DNA of 64,000 nt from the human T2T-CHM13v2.0 reference genome, Homo sapiens: NCBI RefSeq assembly GCF_009914755.1, contig NC_060946.1, one strand, 5' to 3'. This document shows, in pieces, positions 52,901 to 64,000 of the stretch. The notes below the pieces were generated by a model. It did not search any database. It saw only the letters and a list, made by a program, of their open reading frames with translations, and was not told the origin of the DNA. Both the position numbers and the translations under genes were made by a program. Numbering within the stretch: the stretch's first letter is position 1; every line of letters begins with the position of its first letter.

Positions 52901-54900
52901 AAAAAACAGTTGGGGGTCCTGCAAACAATAGAAAAAAAAAAAGGAAATACCATACCATCTAGCAGTCCCACTACTGGCTATACATTCAACCTACCTGTTC
53001 ACCCACAGATAAAGAGATCAAGAAACTCTCATATACATACACTGGGGAATATTCTTCGGCTATCAGAATAATCAAACAGTGTCATTTAGAGCAACCCAGA
53101 TGAACCTGGAAAACATTATGTTAAATGTGATGAGCTAGGCCTAGAAAGACAAACACTGCATGATACCACTCATGTGAAATCTTAAGATGTTTATCTTAAA
53201 GAAGTAGAAAGCACAATATTGGTTACCAGAGTCTGGGAGACAGAAGGGGAATGGAGAAGGATTGGTTATGGAAACAAAGTTATCTTAACATTAAAAGAAT
53301 AAATCTGAGTGTTCTCCTCAGCCTGGTGACTGGACTTAACCGTATTACATTTTTCTAAAGAGCAAGGAGAATTTTGAGTGTTCTCTTTACACAAAAATAA
53401 TACCTGTATGAGGGAATAGAGATCCTAAGTACCCTGATTTGATCATTACCCAATATATATGTATAAAAATGTACCCCTAATTATGGCCCTTTATGTTGTA
53501 AAAAAATTAACAGAAATAAATGCATAGTGCTAAAAATCACAGGGAACCACAAAAGCAATGAATATCTAAAGGAATCTTGAGAAATACAATCAAAGTGAGA
53601 ACCCATAATCCTTGATATCAAATTAAATTGCCAAGTTGTAGTTATGCAGTAGATATATGGTACTTGCATAAAAAGAAATACCTAGAACTATGGACAAAAA
53701 CAGGGAGGACAAAAACAACACAAATATGGACACAGTCAACTGACTTTGATAAAGAACACCACAACGTGGAAGGCAGAGTCTGATCAATGAATAGCTTTGA
53801 GAAAAATGATATCCGGATGCAAAAGCGAGAAACAGGACCCTTATTTTACACGATGTATGAAAATCAACCGCCCCCCCCATCAACTGAAGGCCAAAACAAA
53901 ATACCATAAACCACAAAATGTTTTTTAAAAAATTACTGTGTTTACTTAAGTAAAACACAGGTTGAGCATATATTTTGGGTCACTTGAATCTCTGTTAACC
54001 TTTGCAAAGAGGAAAAGAAACAAACACCCTGGAAGAAAAACCTCACTGAAAATTAAATGCTTTGTTACTGATGCATATTTTCTAATATGGGTGACCATTA
54101 TGACACGCATAAAACGCAAAAAAAAAAAAAATATGGGACTACATCAACGTGAAAAGTTTCTGCATAGCAAAGAAAACTACTTTCCAAATAAAAAAGCATC
54201 CCATAGATTATGCAAAAATTTCAGGCAATCATGTAATTCACGAGGAGTTGTCAACTAACGTGTACACAAAAAAGAGTACAAAGTAGAAAAAGAATCCAAT
54301 CTAATATTTTGCAAATAACCTGAAGAGACAATTCTGCACAGATATAAAATCGAACAACAGATAAGAGATAAGGTCCTCAAAATTAACTATTCAATAGAAT
54401 ACTGTAATTCAAAACCACACGCAGATAGTCTCACACTTATTGAATATTCCTAGAAAAATTTTTTAAAAATAGGAGGGTCTGGGAGCCGTGGCTCACGTCT
54501 GTAATCCCAGCACTTTGGGAAGCCAAGGCGGGTGGATCACCTGAGGTCACGAGTTTCAGACCAGCCTGACAAATATCGTGAAACCCCGTCTCTACTAAAA
54601 ATAAAAATACAAAAATTACCCGGGCGTGGTGGCGGGCGCCTGTAGTCCCAGCTACACAGGAGAATTGCTTGAAACCGGGAGGTGGAGGTTGCAGTGAGCC
54701 GAGATGGCGCCACTGCCCTCCAGCCTTGGAGACAGAGCGAGACTCCGTCTCAAAATAACAAAAACAAAAACAAATTGGAATGGGGGTTTGGTTTTGGAGA
54801 AAGGGGAACTCATACACGGTAGGTGGAAATGAAAATTAGGGTACACACCATGGAAAACAGTTAAATAGCTGGAAACTCCTCAAAGAATTGAAACTACAGA
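49960..54900 (+). mobile_element. Cluster of degenerate old L1 fragments (ORF2 C-terminus and 3' UTR), several tandem modules
   Basis: Recurring L1 motifs: attgacaagtgggaccta, aaaaccaca...ctcactcca..agaatg, gaacctggagaacat, ttaccagag, [11 protein letters not shown] (ORF at 52461). Confidence 0.75.
54477..54772 (+). mobile_element. Alu (AluS-like), sense, with a small internal deletion
   Basis: gtggctcacgtctgtaatcccagcactttggg...cccagctacacaggagaattgcttg (lacks the usual gggaggctgagg)...gagactccgtctcaaaa. Confidence 0.92.
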
Positions 54901-54959
54901 TGTCCCCTGCTCTAGCGAGGTCTCTTTCTAAAGGTCCTGAGGCATAAAAAATAACCCTA

Positions 54960-56535
54960 GACCCCAGCTCAGAGGCCCGTGGGGCTCGGAGGGACCCAGT
55001 CCAGCGCTTCACCGCCGGCTCTGGGCCAGGGCGCTCCTATAGGCTGGACGTGGGTCGGACAGGGGCATAGCCTTCCCAGCGGGGGTGTGGACGCTGCCGA
55101 GGCCCGGATCCCACAACCGCCCCAACGCTGACGACTCGGGCCCAGATGCCCACTTAGAAGTCAGGGCCCGAAAGCAGGGAGCGGCCGGGAAGGAGTAGGG
55201 AGACCCAGAGGGTTCCAGGTGGGGTTCATCCCCCTCCACTTACCGCCGAGGCCTGCCACCTCCTCCACCAACAAACGGAAGCCACCACATCTTCTCCGAG
55301 ACTCGCTCTGACCACGCCGCCGATGCTGCCCGGGCCTCGCACGAAGCGCAGTCTCGGCTTCCGTCGGGGCCTGCATGCTGGCAGCGTCCCTGGCGCCAGG
55401 CTGAAGCACCACCCCCTCTTAAAGGGGCCGCGGCTGGGACTGGGCAGAAGCAGCTTCGGGTTGCACAGGATGAGCGTCTGCCCAGCCCCAGGGGTGGACG
55501 AAAGGCCCCCAGTCTCTCATCCTCCCGGGCTCTAGGGCCCTAGAGGTCGCAGAAGCCCCTCCTGTGACCCCAGCCCCTAAATCGGCTCCCTTTGCCTGAG
55601 GACCTGCCCCTGCCCTCCTCGGGACCTCAGCTTCACCATCCTCAAAGAAAGCGGCCTGGCTGGAGCTCTGGGGTCCCTCAAGCTCGGCGCCTCAGGATCC
55701 AGGGTGGGCTCCCCTGCCCCTCTGCAGAGGGGGCCCAATAGCCACGGAAAGCTGGGGGCTGGAGGGACAGTCCCGAGGGCAGCAAGGCGTCCTTGGCCTC
55801 ACCGTCTACATTCGTCCTGTGGGAGCCCGGGGGCGTCGCTAGGGCCCAGACTCCTGCGGCCTCACCAGGGCTGCCTGGGTCACCGGGCTCCCCAGGAGGC
55901 AGGCAGGGACCCTGGGGTCCAGCGCTGCCCCCACCTCAACTCCATTCAGCGTCAGCATCCGCGAGGGGATCCTGCGGACTGGACCCAGACCCACTCCTTC
56001 CCGGGGAGCGGGACCCGCATCGGTCTCTGTGACACCCAAGGGAGGGGCCGTGCTGACCTCTCCCGGGGATCTGGGGGCGAGGTGGGGGAATCTCGGCCAC
56101 CTCTTGAAGCTCGCTGAGCCCCCCACCCCAGAGAGCGCTCAGGAGCAAAGGAAAGGACGGAGAGCCCACACATTTTCTATCTTTCATTTCCGTTTTTTCT
56201 TTTTTCCCCCCTCCAAAATGAAAGACGTGTGTAGCTTTGTCCCCTGTACACCATCCATTCCCCAGGGCCGCTGTGCGGATCCAGCCCGCTGGTTGCCTCT
56301 AGAGTCCTGGGCGCCCGGCGGTCCGCATGCAGCCCGGGGCCTGCCCAGGTGAGGTCTGCGGCCGCCACAGCGCTGAGGTCCCGCTTGGCCGGGGCGCACG
56401 GGCCGCTGGGGATGCTGGCTGCGAGGCTCCGGGGAGGTGGAGCGGGAGGTTGTCCCAGGCCCTGGCTGCAGAGCTCTTGATGTCACGCCTGACACCCTCC
56501 ATCCACCGCCTCGGGGCAGCGCTTCAGAGCCCCGG
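54960..56535. promoter_or_regulatory. GC-rich CpG island, candidate promoter / first-exon region
   Basis: Sharp rise in GC and CpG density compared with the flanks. Strong minus-strand donor GCG|GTAAGT (acttac at 55238-55243). Confidence 0.75.
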
Positions 56536-56959
56536 CAGAGGCAAGAAGTCGATCACTTCGTTCTTCATTCGTTGGAAAAATGGAAAAGCACATTATAATC
56601 CCTGGAACAACCACTTCAGAGAAAGAGCAAAAAATTAAAATAGGATTGTAAATGACACACTGAAATAAGTTGATTTTAAAAATGGTAGTCAATGGAAAAA
56701 CAGGATCAGAAGACAGGAGAGACAGGGAAAACAAATAAGTTATCTGACTGAAACAGAATTAGAAACTAACAACAGTAAGAAATATTGGACATCTGAAAAT
56801 ATGTGAAAATTTAACAACCCACCTCTAAATCATTGGATCAAAAAAAATCACAAGATAAATTGGAAAATATTTTGAGCTGCACTCCAGTTTGGGTAACAGA
56901 CTGAGACCTTGTTTCTAAGAAAACAAAACAAACTTCAAAAAGCTATAAAATTAAATGCC

Positions 56960-57330
56960 AACTTTCCCCTTTACCCAAACTATCCGTGGCTCTCCTTTGC
57001 CCTCAGAGTCAAGCCCATGCTTCTCACTGTGGGCTCCAGGACCTAGGTGGCCTGACCAATGCACACCCTATCACGATCTCCTCCTCTGCCCACTTGCTCA
57101 CGCTGTCCAGTCACACACACTCTTTATTTTTGCAAATGCCAAGCTCCTGATCACCGCTGGGCCTTTGCCACTGCAGTTCCGCCTGCCAGGACCAGTCTTT
57201 CCCTAGACCTTCCCATTCCTGCCTCTTCCTGGCTTGGCTGCCTCTTTCTGGTGCTTCAGGTCTCAGATCAAATGTCACCTCTTCAGAGAGGACTTCATTG
57301 AAATCTCTGCCTAACACAGCCCGTATCAAG
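56960..57330. mobile_element. L2 3' fragment
   Basis: gggcctttgccactgcagttcc...cttcaggtctcagatcaaatgtcacctcttcagagagg is typical of the L2 3' end. Confidence 0.65.
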
Positions 57331-58539
57331 GTCAACACTTTTCTCTTTTTAGACTTAGGTTTTGATATAAAGAAGTTTCATAAAAATGACTTGGGCAGCT
57401 ATCATCTGTTTAAAAGGTCTGACTTTGTTGAAATAATTTGGGCTTTCCTGTTCTTTGAGTTTTGATAAAACAACTGTAAAACCATCTGCCTTTTTAAAAA
57501 AAATTGAGATTGATGTATACTTTCTGTTATTACTATTTTTTTACATTCTGTCTCCCAGGCTGGAACACAGTTGCTCGTAGCTCATTGCAGCCTCAAATTA
57601 CCTTGCCTTTGTAACAGTAGGTCCTCAGTCACCTTTCTCATCTACAGATGTTGGTTTACTTAAGCTTTCTAATTACTTGGAGGTCAGCTTAGCTCAGTGG
57701 TTAGCACAAGTTGCTAATAAATGCTCGAGTATGAGGGTGCAAAGAAAGGGGTAGGGAGGTGCAAGACCCTTGGCTTCAAATGCCCAGTCCCCTACTCATC
57801 TGCTCAGGCCCCTGTCTAGCCTCTGTATCTAAGCCAAACTACATGCCTCCTCCCCTGAGAAGCCCTCTTGGATTTCTCCTGTCCCGTCTTCCCTGCTCTA
57901 TCCTCGGGTGAGTGGATCCATCCATCTGCCTCTGTGCTGGGCAGATGCCACTGCTCTCTGCTTTCTGGCTGGACGAGGCAAGGGGGAAGTTGTGTGTGTA
58001 GAAGTCCCCCTAAACCTTGGCCTTTGCCTCATGCCTGGCACATTCAACCTTTGCTGACACCTCCACAGAATTACCAACCTCACCAACATCTGCAGAATGG
58101 GCCACCAGGGTCTGTCTGGAGCTTGGGTGGGATTTTCACTTGACTACAAATACACACACATACACCCTAGGCTTCCAGGTCTGCATTCTTGGCTGACTCT
58201 TCACACTTGAGTCCAAGACAGGTCAATGGTTAGTGGCTGGATTTGCAAGCATGTGTGTTTTTGGGCAGGATATCAGCTGGGGCAGTCTGAGAGGAAGCTG
58301 TCAAGGGAAGCTAAAGAGGAGGGAGTCAGTCACGTCTCTCTTCACCTGTTGCACTCTCTAAATTTTACTGTCCACTCCTAGGCCTGATCTAGAGGGCTGT
58401 CTAGTCTAGGGGAGACAAAGTTGGATGTATCTACTGCCAGCCCCATGGGGTCAGAACTACAGGGGAAGGTTGGGGACTGTGGGATTCCAGAGGAACAACA
58501 GGGAGGGCTTCTTGGAGGAATGCTTTTTCTTGAGCTGAG

Positions 58540-58803
58540 TTTTTTTTTCTCTGTAGCTCAGTCTGAAATGCAGTGGCACAATCACTGCTCACTGCAGCCT
58601 TGACCTTCCATGCTCAATTGATCCTCCTACTTCAGGGTGGGACTACAGGCACATGCCACCACACACAGCTAATTTTTGTATTTTTTGTAGAGATGGGGTT
58701 ACATCAGGTTGTTCAGGCTGGTCTCAAACTCCTGGGTTCAAGTAATCCTCCTGTCTTGGCCTCTCAGAGTGCTGGAATTGCAGGCATGAACCACCTCATC
58801 TGA
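58540..58803 (-). mobile_element. AluJ-like, antisense, degraded
   Basis: ctcactgcagccttgacc...tttttgtagagatgggg...ggtctcaaactcctggg. Confidence 0.85.
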
Positions 58804-59030
58804 CCTGAGCTGAGTTCTGAAGTGTGAATAGGAGTTGGCTAGGTGAAGAAGGGAAAAAAGGACCTTCTAGACAGAAATATTTGTCAAAGATAGAGAGAAG
58901 TAGGCAGGAGCTGATTAGGGCAAGGTGTTTGAATGTCAGGCTGGATGCAGAAATTTTCTCACAAGGCCAATGTGGAACCATGGAGAATGTGTAAGCAAGG
59001 GAGGCCATGATTAGAGCTTGATCTCTCAGG
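58804..59030. mobile_element. Possible L2 fragment
   Basis: tgagctgagttctgaag...ggaaccatggagaatgtgtaagcaaggg resembles L2 in the orientation opposite to the 57-kb fragment. Confidence 0.45.
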
Positions 59031-59329
59031 GGCAGAGTGGGGGACAGCTTGGTTCTTCGGTGATGGGATCAGGAGAGTTCCGGTGTCATGGGGGGTCAGG
59101 AGAGTTAAGCCCTGCATCAACTCATCTGCACCTGTCACCTCGCACCAGAGTTGGTGGGGGACCTCCTGATGTTCTGGAGGGCCAAATAAGCCGTGGGATC
59201 CAGTGACTTACAGTGTGAGGTACAGACCAGCACAGAGAGGGTACCGCCCCAGGCTCTGCTCAGATGGACACAGCCCTGACCTCATCTTCAGCCTCCTGCC
59301 ATCTCCACCCCAGCCCTGATAGTCCTGCT

Positions 59330-59580
59330 TTCCATGGTAGCCATGAGCTGCATGTTAAAATGATAAATCAGCCCCATCCCTTCTCTCCTCAAAACCCTCT
59401 CATAGCTCGTCTTTGCTCTTAGACTAAAACCCAGAGCCTCCTGCAGCTCAGAAGGCCCAGTGTGGCCCAGCCTCTGTGGCCTCTTGCCCTCCCCACCCAC
59501 TCCAACCTCACTGCTGTTTCTCTCCCCCTTGGGATCCTTGTACCTGCTGTTTCTTCTGCATGGAATTCACTTCCTGTCTC
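59330..59580. mobile_element. Possible L2 fragment
   Basis: cctcaaaaccctc...ctcttagactaaaaccc...tgctgtttcttctgcatggaa. Confidence 0.5.
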
Positions 59581-60828
59581 AGCTCTAGGACATCAGTCCA
59601 GAAAGGCCCCCAACTTCCTGCCTCTCGGGGTTTCCCTGTCACGTGACCTCTGCACTAGCCATAGTGTCCCTATAACTAAAATTGAGACAGATTGAGAAAG
59701 GGCTTAGTTGAGCCTTCTATGCTCAAGAGACTCAGGCCCAAGATCAGCCCCAGTCCCTGCTCTCATGAGACCACATGCATAGGGGTCATTTGGGGGATTA
59801 TCTTGGCACTGGGTCCTGTGGGTTGGTGTCACCTCCAGCCTCCAGGGACTCATCCTAGCCATGGGAATGTGTCCAATTCCTGCCCAGGATTAAAATTAGC
59901 CCTGGAGATTACATTTAGTAAGTCAAGCTGGAGGTCAGGGGCTGGAGCCCACAGCCTGGGCTCTGCAGAGCTGTGGCGGCTCAGAAACTCAGCCCAGAGA
60001 ACATGGAGGTATGCTTAGGGTCACACAGTGGGCCACAAGTGCCACCTGAGATGTCAGATACTTGTGGGCCTGGGACACCTGGATGATGAAGGGTCCAGCA
60101 TGGGCTGGAGCAGTGCCAGGGGTTGGGGTTCTGAGAAGCATCTGTGGCCACTCCCAGAGAATGACCTGAATTTCCTGAGAGTTTGTTGCCAGGCCTTGTG
60201 GTGGGAGCTTGGCATTTCATGCCTGCCATAGAGGTCTGTTACCTGTCCCATTCACAGAACAGCACATAGAGGCCTAGAAATCAGCCTCCTATGCTGAGAA
60301 CCACCTCAAGGGTCATAGAAGAGGCTGGGACCCAAGCATAGGCCCATGTGACTCTGGGGAGTCACTCATCTGAAGCCTCAAGTCATCTGTGACATGGCAG
60401 AGGCCGGGAGGTGGAGTGTATTCACACGGTTGGCAGAGTGGGGATGTCCCCTGGGGGTCTCAGGGGCCTGGGATGGCATGCCTGCTGCGGAACGGGCAAC
60501 ATGATTTCTTTCTATGGAGGAACCTTGCATGGGGGTGCCAGAGAAAGCCTTGTCCCTGCCGTGGCCCAGCAGCCTCCTGCTTCTGAGACCCCCACCGGGG
60601 GATCCAAGATTCCTTGAGGTGGGGTCCAGGGTTTCTCCTGAGTCACCAAGTGGACCCCTGGACCTAAACTCTGGTCTGAGGGCTCCAAGCCAGAGTCTTT
60701 CCAGGGAATCCCTGTACTCTCCCACTGGAACAGGGTGGGTTTCCATCATTCTCTTTTCAAAAACAAAAAAAAAATTAGCAGAAATAATTCACTGGTGGTT
60801 GGGGGGAATTGGAAGATTGAGATAATCA

Positions 60829-62275
<1,447 letters not shown>

Positions 62276-62276
62276 T

Positions 62277-64000
<1,724 letters not shown>

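Noticed and set aside
55009-56638. Overlapping Pro/Arg/Gly-rich ORFs in the CpG island
   Set aside because: These are expected from high GC content; there is no recognisable domain or consistent frame.

Overview
This is primate, very likely human, pericentromeric or acrocentric-type DNA with no intact protein-coding gene. (1) 1-21.85 kb: a 42-bp AT-rich tandem satellite (HSat1A/SAR, the classical 17+25 bp RsaI satellite I). It switches strand at about 1.26-1.32 kb and has internal sub-domains. (2) 21.85-39.02 kb: eight copies of the HSat1B/DYZ2-type cassette [AT-rich spacer + antisense Alu with a diagnostic internal duplication + ~560-bp HSATI block], spaced 1.8-2.9 kb apart, grading from derived to more ancestral left to right. 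The last cassette has no AT expansion after it and runs straight into unique sequence. (3) 39-64 kb: an old L1 3' end, Alus, a 5'-truncated EIF3F processed pseudogene, nested DNA transposons (Tigger3-type host containing a Tigger2a-type element, a MER1-type element and Alus), degenerate tandem L1 3' modules, a CpG island at 55-56.5 kb with a strong minus-strand splice donor, L2 fragments, and a younger L1PA that runs off the end. The layout resembles my recollection of FAM230-family/EIF3FP loci; I have not verified this. The most interesting observation is that the HSATI block contains what looks like a 25-nt minus-strand micro-exon, with an intact acceptor only in the terminal copy. This suggests the satellite is an amplified intron-exon-intron piece of a lncRNA transcribed from the CpG island into the array. 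Coordinates were read by eye and are approximate (about +/-10-20 bp unless a motif is quoted).
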